Assembly (NCBI RefSeq): GCF_006345805.1
Contig: NC_042997.1
Coordinates: forward strand, 113,956,001-114,020,000
Source of the DNA: Octopus sinensis
Lineage: Eukaryota
Direction of reading: 5' to 3'
Length of the DNA: 64,000 bases
The position numbers were made by a program, and so were the translations under genes. Below the pieces are notes generated by a model that saw nothing but the letters and a program-made list of their open reading frames with translations, was not told the origin of the DNA and did not search any database. Of this stretch, positions 39,522-52,529 are shown piece after piece; within the stretch, counting starts at the first letter, position 1; every line of letters starts with the position of its first letter.

Positions 39522-40582
39522 CATACACACTAATGCAGGAACAATATTTGCTTTGGAGAGCAAACCCAGGCCCAACCCAGGTTGTTCAATGCATTTTCAT
39601 CACCCCCAACCTTCCACAATTTTGGGGAGTGCACTTGTTCCCCTAGCACCCTGTTCCTAAGCCTGATTTAATATGTATATTCTGTACATCTCCTTCATTC
39701 TAACTTCTAATCAGGTTACGATTGATTTAGAGGTGATTGTCTCCTTCACAGTAACTGGTTGTCAAGGGAGACCATGTATTTGAATATTACAATATTTATA
39801 TCATTATTTGCATTATCTCATCATATTACTGATTCTTTATCTTTTGCATTACTTTTCCTGTTTAATAGGATGGCTACAGACAGTTAGCACAATTACCTGC
39901 TCGCAACCTCAAAGGTGTTATCAGAGTAAAATTTGTAAATGAACAGGTGAGGTGTTGATATGTTTTTGTCTTTTTACTCCTTAAATTATTTCTCTCTCTT
40001 CCTACTTCCTTTCTCCATCTCTCTCCCTCTCTGTCTCTCTTTCTCTCTATCTGCCTCTCTCTCTCTTTCTCTTTGCCTCTCAAGTTGTTGTAGTGGGGGT
40101 GCCACCAGCAGCAGCCACTGAGAGACAATAGCATAACTTTATGAATCCCTTGTGGTGGGTACTTTAGAACCTCAAAAAGGCTACAAGGAGCTACCCTTCT
40201 TCTGAATAGCCATGTAGTGTATTTTGGCACCGTGGGCAAGTATCTTTTACTTTAGCCCTAGGTCAACCAAAACCATATGAGTGGATTTGGTTAACCGAAA
40301 CTGAAAGAAATCTGTTGTGTGTGTGTGTGTGTGTGTGTGTGTGTCTCCTTGTCTTGACATCATGTGATAGTTGTAAATGAATGTCATTCACTTCCAATAT
40401 TCTGGGCATAGGGAAATATTATCTTGCTTGGAAACAGGTGAGAGTTTGCAACTGGAAGGGCATCCAGTTATAGAAATCATGCCAAAACAGGCAGTGGAAT
40501 TTCTTGTGGCTCCTGGCTTTACTAGATATTGTCAAACTGTCCAACCTATGTCAGCATGGAAAATAGATGCTAAATAATGACA

Positions 40583-40633
<51 letters not shown>

Positions 40634-43600
40634 TTATCATCGTTTAACATCTGCCTTCCATGCTGGCATGGGTGGGACGGTTTGACAAGAGCTGATCAAG
40701 CAGAAATTTGCACCAGATTTCTCTAACTGTTTTGGCAGGATTTTTACAGCTGGATGCCCTTCCAAATGCCGACCACTTTACAGTGTGGGCTGGGTGCTTT
40801 TAAGTGGCACCTGCACTGACAAGGTCATGAAGTACATGCAAGACCAAAAAAATATATATATGTATTATATAAATGAAAGGAGCATGACATCCCACCCACA
40901 CAATAAACCTGTACCTGCTGGGATACACAGTGTGGTCAACTTCATTAGGCAGAAGTATTTGTGTATGTGAAACAGTTGACCTGAGGGCTACACCCTGTTC
41001 CACCAACTACTACTGTGTTGCAAATTGACCCAGTCAGAGCTGATCTGTAGCCACACACCAGAAACGACAACAAGAATCAGAAATTCAAAATGAGCATCAA
41101 ATTCCATTGGCTTCATCAGTGTAGGAGGTTTTTCAAAAGACAAGACCACTGGTCTTTTATCTTGGGACTATTTAATAATTTCAAAGAATTTATATTTTTA
41201 GGTTTCAGATAATAAGAGATTTAGTTAGTTAACAAGACATCATTTATGTATCTATAAAACAAGGATATTTATAATTTAAGCAACTGGTTCTATTATGTTT
41301 TAATATTTTTGTTTGTTTCATTTTGTTAGGGTTTAGATGAGGCAGGAATTGATCAAGATGGTGTATTTAAAGAATTTTTAGAGGAAACTATTTCAAGGGT
41401 ATTTGATCCATCTTTGAGTCTATTCAAGGTAAGAAATTATTCTTCAAAATATAAGTAAACATGACAAATTCCTAATCTTAAACTGGTTTAATATGAGTTA
41501 ATCCATCATGATGACTCTCTATCATTGCTTTCTTTGGTATCCTGTCAGTCATTATGGCCAGGATAAATGACTTTACTCAAACATTTTTTTTTCAACCCTT
41601 TAGCATTTAGATTACTCTGTCAGATGTGATACTTATTTATTCAAATCATTTTGAATTGATCATGTAGCTTCAAGATTTTTATGGTGTGATTGTTTATTTT
41701 TAGAATAACATTGTCGGGTAGGTACAAGAGGCCAGATCTGGTCAGCTTGAACATAAAACAAGGTAAAATATTTGGGCCAGATATGGCCAGTTTGAATGCT
41801 AAGGGGTTTAATATCTTTATTAGTATTTGTCGTGTTCACTCTTAACTTGACAAATGCTGAGTTTGGTTGCCAAACATTGATTATTTTTATAAATCTTTTC
41901 AAATTAAGAATGAATAAAAAAAGTGCATCATTGTATGACTATGGAATTATATCGTATGATGTACATACATGTATATAACGTGCGTGTGCTGCATATGTAT
42001 TGTATATGTACTTGTGCATCAAAGTTAATGATGTAACTTGGAGTAAATTACGAAACAACTGTAACCATATGGAATATTAATTTTCTTTTGCCTCTCACAT
42101 CTGTTTTTTGTTTTGTTTATATATATTTATATTACAACTCAATGTTCATTGACAGTGACAACAAAATACCTTCAAAATTTAAATACTACTTGGTCAGTAT
42201 CTGGAGCTATTAATGGTTCATTTAACTGACCAATTTGAGATGATGCTGTACCAGTTTTGTTTTACAAGGAAGATAAAAGAGAATTTCTGCAGTTGTATTT
42301 GTTCTTTGATTGTAGCAATTCCTGATGGAAATAGTAGCTCTTTGGTTATAAATATTTTAAAGACAAGCATTTAACAAAAGTTCATGTTTAAAATTTCCTT
42401 TGCAGGCAACTAGTGAACAGAAGCTGTATCCTTCATCAACATCCTATATTCAAGAAGATCACTTGGCACTTTTTGATTTTCTGGGACGGATGTTAGGAAA
42501 AGCTGTCTATGAGGTAAATTTTTCTCAGAATGTATATCCTGGAGTGTTATCCATCATGACATGGGTAACTTTAAATATTATTAGATAAAGCAGCAAAAAT
42601 GATATAGATATTCATTCTTCATATGTTCCAGCAGACTCCAACATGAATTTGCTCATCATTCTTGTCTACAGAGAACAACTTATCTCTTTATTTCTCCTTT
42701 GTATAACACCTCTCTTAAATATTCCGTATTTTTCATGTCAAGACGAGACTATACATGCAAAAACACACACACACACACACAATGGGCTTCTTTTCAGTTT
42801 CCCTCTACCAAATCCACTTACATTGGCCAGCCTGTTGCTATTGTAGGAAAAAAGATACCCAAGGTGCAATACAGTGGAACTGAACCCAAGAGCGTATGGT
42901 TAGGAAGAAAGAGCTTCTTAACTACTCAGCTACAGCTTGGCCTGTGTGCATTCATGATTTTACTTTGTATCAGTTTTCCAATTAATGGGATAAGTAAATA
43001 AACTTATTAATTTCACAGTCCATCTGTTTTATATTGGCCTCTGGATTCAGTTTGATTCTTAATTGTAAGAGATGTTCTAAAATTTCTATTTTATATAATT
43101 TTAACATGGTCCAATTGAGGAGCATAAAGCTAATATTGGAGTCAAGACACATTGAGAATATAGAGTGATGCTATAATGATAGGGTAGAAATTATTAAATT
43201 TTCATCAATAGTGTAGAAAACCACCAAACTGAAACATCAGTAGATTGTTGATACCAGTGCCCCAGCATGGCCACGGCCTTTAGGTCTGAAACATTTAAAG
43301 GAATACAAAAAGCTATTCTGTGAAATATTTGAAATGAAAATTTGCTTAGAAAAATTTCTGATCTGGCTTTGTTTGTTGACAGGGTATTGTTGTTGATGTG
43401 CCATTTGCACCGTTCTTCCTGACACAAATTCTTGGCCATCAGCAGAGTTCAACCTACAGTTCCCTTGATGAATTACCATCTTTAGACCCAGAACTTGCCA
43501 AAAGTCTTTCATACCTCAAGGTTTGTATATACTTTACATTTATTCAGTAAACTCTGTAAATATTTCCCATCATTTTAACAAATGCATTTTGACACAATTC

Positions 43601-46600
43601 AATCTAACATAGATGAAGATTGTTTTAATTATAATTCTATATTTTCATGTTTCTTCACCACATCATCATTTCTGTCGTGGCCACCGCCACCATCATCATC
43701 AATTAGTTTTAACTATGTGGCTTTAAAATCAGTCATTTACAAAATATAATGCCTGGTGTGAAAGCATGTTTTTGCTGTCCAGTTTCTATTTTTGATTTTA
43801 AAAATCTTCAAAATATTTAAAAATAAACAAATAAAATCTGAAATTAGAATAAGTCCAAAGACTAGTAATTTCTATTTATCAGATATAATATTTAAGTAAA
43901 AAATAACCCACTGCTACAGAGAAATTCACTATTTGAAACATTGATTTCATGCATTGGTACAAGGTCACAGATTTCTAATGTGAAGCCATAAGTCCTTTGA
44001 ATCATCCCCAAGGGGGTGACCAGAAAAGGACTATAACTTGACTATAGCTGACATTGGTGGAATTCGAAATAAGGTCCTACTAATGTAGCCAAGTATCTCC
44101 TTCATAGTAAGAGGGCTACCTCTGTCCCTCTATCATACTCTAATCTCCACTCCATCTCTCAGTTGTGAGGTCTTTGTCTTGTGAGCCCATGGGTGCTGAA
44201 GCCATGTAAAAAGCACCTGTACTGGTTCTACGTATAAAGTACCTGTACTGGTGCCATATGTAAAGCACTGGTACTGGTGACACATAAAAGGCCCCCAGTA
44301 CACTCTGGGAAGTGGTCGGCATTAAGAAGGGCATTCAGCTGTAGAAACCTTAACAAAGCAGACAATTGGAGTTTGGCGCAGCTCTCTGGCTTGCCTGCTT
44401 CTGTTAAACTGTCCAGTCCATAGCCATATGGAAAATGAACATTGAATGATGATGATGTTAAATGGATGGAAGTAGACATGGAAGACCATTTAGTTTCAAC
44501 TTCTACCATTTCTGCTGATCCATTCCTTGGAAAATGGATATGATGATCCCAAAGTATGTAGTACCACTAACCAAGTCATTCAGTTATTGCTATTAAATTA
44601 TCCATGTCATTTTTAATGATGTTAATATTCTTGATTAGTCTCTAATCAGTTCTGATCATACAGACTTTTATGATTGAAGACATTACAACCATGGCCCTCT
44701 TGTCTCTTACCCAAGACAATATGCGTTCTTTTTTCTAGTGCATTTTTTTTCCTAAGATGTTATGCTCTGATTTGTTGGAAATTTAGCTGCTATTTTTATG
44801 CAGGTTGAGTGGTTACATACTTGCACCCTTGCTGCATAAAATATCTCTTGCTGTTCTTTCACAATCTCCATTAATATTGATGATATTATTATTTCTTTTT
44901 ATCTCAGGTTTTGTTGTAACTCCTGGAGTCTTGCATGCATAGTGGGCTTGCTACCCACAACCTACAGTACCATGCTATCTGTTCTTTCCAACTATCTAAT
45001 ACTTTCCTGGTTATTCTGGCTGTGCCAGAGAGGAAAACCTTTTGTAACAGTTCTACTGGGCACTCTATTCTGATTTCTTTTATATAAACAGACAGCTTAT
45101 TAATGGTAATCTATTTAGCATTTGCTAATTCTGCATTTCGATGCAAATTGTTTAGATTTACTAAATTCGTTGTTTTAATTCCCCAGCGTTTCAGGTTATG
45201 ATTAGGTAAGACCATTTTATTTTTCAAGCAAAATTTAGACATTTTGTGCACCAGCCATTGTGACATAAATTTGACGACATCTGTCCCAAAGCGTAAAATT
45301 CGCCATTTTATGCATATGCACAAAAATGACAATACGGGTTCACTACCAGACTCTGCTCATGTTTTTGTCAAATTGATCTATTAATATAGATTTTAAATTT
45401 TAGAAAAATGTCGAAATTGATGAAAAATGTTTCATGGCTGTAAACAGACATCTTATTAAGTGTAATATTTTACTGGGTACCTCAGCTAGTATTTCAAATA
45501 AGTGTCATCATCCATTTCCCCATCACATCCACCACCTTTTAGAACTTTTACGAAAGTCAGTAAAAGTGAATCTATCTATCATCTGTTCTAATGATGTGCT
45601 TCTCTTTCAGCATTATGAGGGTGATGTCAGTGAATTAGATCTAACATTTTCCTGTGATGAAGATTGCATGGGTCGGCTTGAGACACACGAACTTGTACCT
45701 GGAGGAAAAGTTATTGGAGTTACAGATGAAAACAAGTAATTGCTCTTTCACTATTATTTATTCATCTCTTGAATATTATTTGAATTGTAGACTGGAACTA
45801 TGTCAGACATCATACTGAACATCACCTGCCTCAGGTGTTCATGTTAACCCCTTCCTCACCATATTCCTCTTGAAATACACTGCCTTTGTTTAAATTAATT
45901 TTGTGAATAACAAAGAATTTAACAAAAACAATTTTGTCAATATTAAGCTGGTGATTGGAACATAAATTAACATGCCAGTGTTGCATGACCGGACCATTTA
46001 AGAGTACCTCTGATGTGTTGGGCAATATGATATGCTTGAGAAGACCTGTTGAGTCAAGTAAAACCAAAATCGTAGCTGTGGCCAGTGCCCCCTGACGGGC
46101 TCCTATTCCAGTGGCATGTAAAATGCATCATCCGAACGTGATCGATGCCAGGTCCACCTGACTGGCTCCTGTGCCGGTGGCAAGTAAAAAGCACTATCCG
46201 AACGTGATCAATGCCAGGACTGTCTGACTGGCCTCCGTGCCAGTGACATGTAAAAAGTACCCACTACACTCTCAGAGTGGTTGGCGTTAGGAAGGGCATC
46301 CAGCTGTAGAAACACTGCCAGATCAGATTGGAGCCTGGTGCAGCCGCTGGCTCTCCAGACTTCAGTCAAACCGTCCAACCCATGCCAACATGGAAAACGG
46401 ACGTTAAATGATGATGATGATGATCACTTTAAAACATTGTTTGTACCAGATGTTTTACTCTGTTTTACTTTTCATTAATATGCTAATTATTTTTTATTAA
46501 CATTTAATTAAGTTCTTACTTCATGCATTTGATTATTTTCCAGGATCCGTTATGTCCATTTGATGGCTCATTTTCGAATGTACTGCCAGATAAAGGAGCA

Positions 46601-49600
46601 AACTGCTGCCTTCATCCGTGGGTTTCGATCAGTGGTTAACCATGAATGGCTCAATATGTTCTCAGCTCCTGAACTACAGAAGCTTATTTCTGGTGACAAT
46701 AGAGATATCGACATAGAAGACTTAAGGTAAGATATATTCATCATCATCATCATTATTATCATTTAACATCTGTTTCCATGCTGGCATGGATTGGACTGTT
46801 TGACAGGAGTTGGCACCAACGTTCCAATTGTCTGTTTTGGCATAGTCCCTATGACCGAATGCCCTTTCTAACACCAATCACTTTACAGAGTGTACTGGGT
46901 GCTTTTTATGTGACACTAGTGCCAGTGCTTTGTACATGGCACCAGATCCAATGCTTTTTATATGGCACTAGCACAGGTGTGCTAGTATGTTGTTGTTTTA
47001 ACTTTTAGATATGTTTGTTTATATTAAGTCTGTTTCCATCTGTAGCGTTAAATATATAAATCTTGCATTTTATAGAAAACTGAGTTTATAACTTTACGGA
47101 GATGTACTTGCATAGCAAGTGACCTGATCTGAGATCGTGTGCTGGAATGAAAACAATTGCAGCGTGGAAGGTGTTTATAAGCCATTTAAGAAACACACAA
47201 AAACCGTTAGATTCACTTCAACATTTAAATTTAATTTGTCAAAATATTTTCGTCACTTTGAGACTGCGACCTGTTCACTGAGCACGGAATTTTGTCGGTG
47301 AACAGGTCGTGGTCTCAAAGCGACGAAAATATTTTGACAAATTAAATTTAAATGTTGAAGTGAATCTAACGGGTTTTGGGTGTTTCTTAAATGGCTTATA
47401 AACACCTTCCAGGCTGCAATTGAGTTTATAACTACTACAAACTATTTGTGTGTATGTGTGTGGTAGTTAAATACAGGCTGGTTATAGTGTAATATAATTG
47501 TTTCATATTAAGACTGTACCTGCAACCACATAGTTGGGAAGCGAGTTTCTAAGTCACACCACCATACCTGCGCCTACACAGTCTGTGTGTGGTAGTCTGC
47601 TGCTCATTGCAATACGATTTGGATTGCCTCCCTTGATCCTCTTTGACTCCACTCTCATCCGGCTTTTGAGTGACATTTTGTTTATTTAATATAATCTGGT
47701 ATGTTTATACATGTGTAGCAGCTGCTTCATCTCATTATGTTTTTATGTCATAAGTAATGCACATGACATTTGTAATTCCTCCCAGAATCCTGGTGAAAGT
47801 TGATGTACTTCATGTTCGGTGTCAATGTGTCTTGACTGATGCCTGATGTATGTTGTGTATCATGGTAAAATTTGATGTATAATGTGAGTGATACGAAGGA
47901 TTGAATATCATATGTGATATCAAAAATACTTGTATATTGTATGTGATATCAAATATTGCTGTATATTGCTTGTGTACTGTGTACCATATCAAACTAATGG
48001 AAACATAGTGTAGATGTAAATACTAAAATAACGTGTCATAACTAAAGATGAGTTTAATAATAATGATAATAATAACAATCCTTAAGGCAGCGAGCTGGCA
48101 GAATCATTAGCACGCCGGGCAAGATGCTTAGTGGAATTTTGGTTTTTATGTTCTGAGTTCAAATTCTGCCGATGTCGACTTTGCCTTTCATCCTTTCGGG
48201 GTGGCATACTGGGGTCGATGTAATTGACTGGCTGCCTCCCCCCAAATTTTGGGCCTTGTGCCTAGAGTAGAAAAGAATAATAACAATCCTTTCTGCTAAA
48301 GGCCTAAAATTTTGGGGTAGGGGACTAGTTGATTACATCAACCCCAATATTTCACTTGTAGTCTATTGACCCCTAAAGGATGAAAGGCAAAATTGACCTC
48401 AGCAGAATTTGAACTCAGAGCGTAAAGACAGACAAAATTCCACTAAGCATTTTGCCTGGTGTGCTAACGATTCTGCCAACGTGCTGCCTTAATAATAATA
48501 ATAATAACAATCCTTTCTACTGTAAGCACAAAGTCTGAAATTTTTGGGGGTTGGGTGCTGGTGAATTGCATTGACCTGAAAGCTGAGCACAACAGAATTT
48601 GAACTCAGAACATAAAGATGGCATGCTAATGATTCTGTCTGCTCACCTCGTTAATGATAATCATCATTATCATCATTGTCGTTTAACGTCCGTTTTCCAT
48701 GCTGGCATAGGTTTGACTGGGGACTGGCAAGCCAGGAGGCTGCACCAATCTCCCGTCTGATCTGACAAGGTTTCTACAGCTTGATGCCCTTCCTAACTCT
48801 GATTGTGTAGTGGATGCTCTTTATGTGCCACCGGCACAGGAGCCAGTCAGGCAGACACTAGCAACGATCACATTCGGATGGTGCTTTTTACATGCCACCG
48901 ACATGGGAGTCAGTCAGGGGGCACTGGCCCCAGCTACGTTATTGGTTTTACTTGACTCAATAGGTCTTCTCAAGCATATCATATCGCCCAACGCATCAGG
49001 AGTATTCTAAACAGGGCTGGACATGAGTGACTGCGATCTCACTTTAGTTGCCGGGTCTTCTCAATCACAGCATATCTCCAAAGGTCCTGGTCTCCTGTCA
49101 TTGCCTCTGTGAGGCCCAATGTTCGAAGGTCATGATGATTATAATAATGGTTTCAAATTTTGGCACAAGGCTAGCAATTTTGGGAGAGAGAGTAAGTCGA
49201 TTACATTGACTCCTAGTGCTCAATTGGTCCTTATTTTATTGACCCTGAAAGGACAAAAGGCAAAGTCAACCCTGGCAGCATTTGAATTCAGAATGTAAAG
49301 TCAGAAGAAATGCAATTAAGCATTTTGTCTGGTGCGGTAACGATTCTACTAGCTTACTACCCTAATTAAAATAATTACAACAACATAATGTGAGCAGTTA
49401 TAATGTTCTTAGCAGTACCTCCAGTTGTCAAAGTTTCTAATCATTCCCTGTTTTTCCTTCATTGCAGACGTCATACTCAGTATTATGGTGGCTATCATAA
49501 CAACCACAGAGTAATCAACTGGTTATGGGATATCGTGGACCATGACTTTAGTGCTCATGAGAGAAGTCTTTTCCTTAAAGTGAGTTGCTTCTTCGATTTC

Positions 49601-52452
49601 AGTGGTCAGCTAATATTTGGGAGCAATCAAAGAGATCAATATTTGAAGATGATTACACAGATCAATGGTCATACAATTGCTAAACGATTTAATGATGTTT
49701 TTAATTTTATGTAAATTATGAATTCCATGTAAATATTTTCATATACAGTAATCCCTTGACTATCAGGGGTGTTACATTCCAAAACGCCTCACAATAGGTG
49801 AAATAGAAACAGTATTGTACTGTATATTTTTAAAATTATTTTTATAATTTGTGTATATTTTACTATAAATGCAAAACACCACCACAGAGGAATTGATGTA
49901 AGCTTAAATAATAAACTGTGATATGGCAAGGGATTGCTGTATTTTAGTTCTTTTTATGGATATTTTCTCTAGTTTTTAAAGCATTCTTCTTACCCCCTGT
50001 CTGTCTGTCTGTCTGACTCTCTCTCTAATTTACAGATAATGCATTCCATCTTTGGTCTAGTCTTCCTCAACAGATATTGTTCAGGCCTACACATTCATGG
50101 TCAGTCTTGACCAATAGTGAGTGGCCCTTCATTTAGTTATTTTATTCACTATTAAAATAATATTGAAAGGAATTCAATATCAATGAAAGCTAATTGGACA
50201 ACCATTAGCATGTCTGATGTTAATCTTGGGATTTAAGTCTATCTGAGTGAAGGCACTTGGCTAAGTGGTTAGGGCTTATTCAGCTCATGATCTTAAGGTC
50301 GTGAGTTCGATTCCCAGCAGCACATCGTGTCCTTGAGCAAGACATTTTAATTCATGTTGCTCCAGTCCATTCTGCTGGCAAAAATGATTTGCCCCTGTAT
50401 TTTAAAGGGCCAACTTTATCACATCCTGTGTCAAATAGAATCATCATCACGATTTAACGTCCACTTTCCATGCTAACATGGGTTGGACAATTGACTGAGG
50501 GCTGGTGAACCAGATGGCTGCTCCAGGCCCCAATCTTGATCTGGCAGAGTTTCTACAGCTGGATGCCCTTCCTAACGCCAACCACTCCGAGAGTGTAGTG
50601 GGTGCTCTTCACGTGCCACCTGCATGGGGCCCAGTCAAGCAGTACTGGCAATGACCTCACTCGAATCTTTTTACACGTGCCACCGGCACAGATGCCTGTG
50701 AAGCGACATTGGTAACGATCATGCTCGAATGGTGCCCTTTTACGTGCCACGGGTAAGGAAGCCAGTTGGCTGCTCTGGCAACGATCACAACGATCACGCT
50801 CAGATGAGAATTACATTAAGGGTAGGTACATGTGTCTGTGGAGTGCTCAACCACTTGGCAAGTTCATGAGCCTGCTGTTCTGTTGATTGGATCAACTGGA
50901 ACTTTCATCATTGTAACTGATGGAATGTCAGAGAAATTTAATGTCTAATAAAGATGTCATACAGACATGCACAGGCATATTGAGTGCAACAGGAGAGCCT
51001 GTGGTTCTCATAAATAATCTGGGTTGAATTTCTTCTGTAAGCTTTCAAAACTGGCTGTGTTTTGAGGCTGGCTCTTCACCTTTCCTCACATATCCTATCG
51101 TTATTGTCCGTTTCTGTAATGTTTCCTTTAGAAATCATTGTACACTCTTAAAATAATTACAATTTTATTCCATTCCATAAATTTGTCCTTTGGTTCAGTG
51201 ATTGAAGCTCTTAGACTCAATCCTGAGGTTGATACTTACCACACTACTTGTAATAAGTCATTCCATTCAGAAATACAATAAAATATGTTTCATTTTTCAC
51301 TTATAAGTGCAACATCATCATCATTTAATGTCTGTTTTCCATGCTGGCATGGGTTGGACAATATGACAGGAGTTGGCAAGCCAGAGGGCTGCACCAAGCT
51401 GGCTTTTGTTGAACTATCCAACCCATGTCAGCATGGAAACAGGCATTAAATGACAATGATGTATTCATAAATAAAATATTTTGTATTCAGAAATATATGT
51501 CTTGTTTTTAAGTACTGTACACATGCCTATTGTGCCTGTTGTGTTGTTACTTATAATTGTGAATTAAACGACCAATTATTTTATTCTTTATTCTGACACG
51601 TGTCTTTTTTCTTTTCCTTTATTAGTTTGTCACAAGCTGTTCTAAACCTCCACTGTTAGGTTTCTCCACACTCGATCCTGCATTTTCCATTCGGTGTGTA
51701 GAAGTTAGTGATGATCAGGTAAGACTTGCTGAATAAATATATATCGGCTAGTTGGTTGGTGTTGATAATGATAGTGGTGGTGGTTGAAGCAAATGTTGTT
51801 TTGTGTTGTTAAATTGGTGATGGTAGAGCAAAGAGGAATTTGAAATTAGATCAAACTTTCGTTACTGTATTTATTTTGAGATGCTCTGTGTTTCTTTCAA
51901 TTTCTTCAAATATAACAAAGAATATAGTAAAATAACTTAATTATCATTAAGCTAGTGTTAGGAACAAATTGTGACTAAGGTTTGGTGGAAGATTTTAATT
52001 CAAAACTTATGAAAACAAGACATTTGTACTACAGAGCCAGAGCTGGTTTCAGCAAGGTTGGTAAGGAAAGGGTTAAGAGTCATAAAATGAAAGGGTGCAT
52101 ATGCAGGTCAAGAGTATTGTTGGTGAATTTAGAGAAGCATGGAACTTTTGAAGAATGCAATATTCTAACAACTGATGTGGAAAGTTTATTCCATGCTTCA
52201 ACAGTTCTGATCATGAAAAAATGTTTCTGAAAGAAGTGTACTTGAAACCCTAAACAACTCTACTTTTTTTTTGACAACTGATGTTGGTGTGTTTACGTCC
52301 CTATAATTTAGTGGTTTGGTAAAAGAGACCGATAGAATAAGTACTAGGTTTACAAAGAATAAGTCCTGGGGTAAGTTTGTTTGACTAAAGGTGGTGCTCC
52401 AGCATGGCTGCAGTCAAATGACTGAAACAAGTAAAAGAAGAATTAAAAAAGA

Positions 52453-52529
<77 letters not shown>

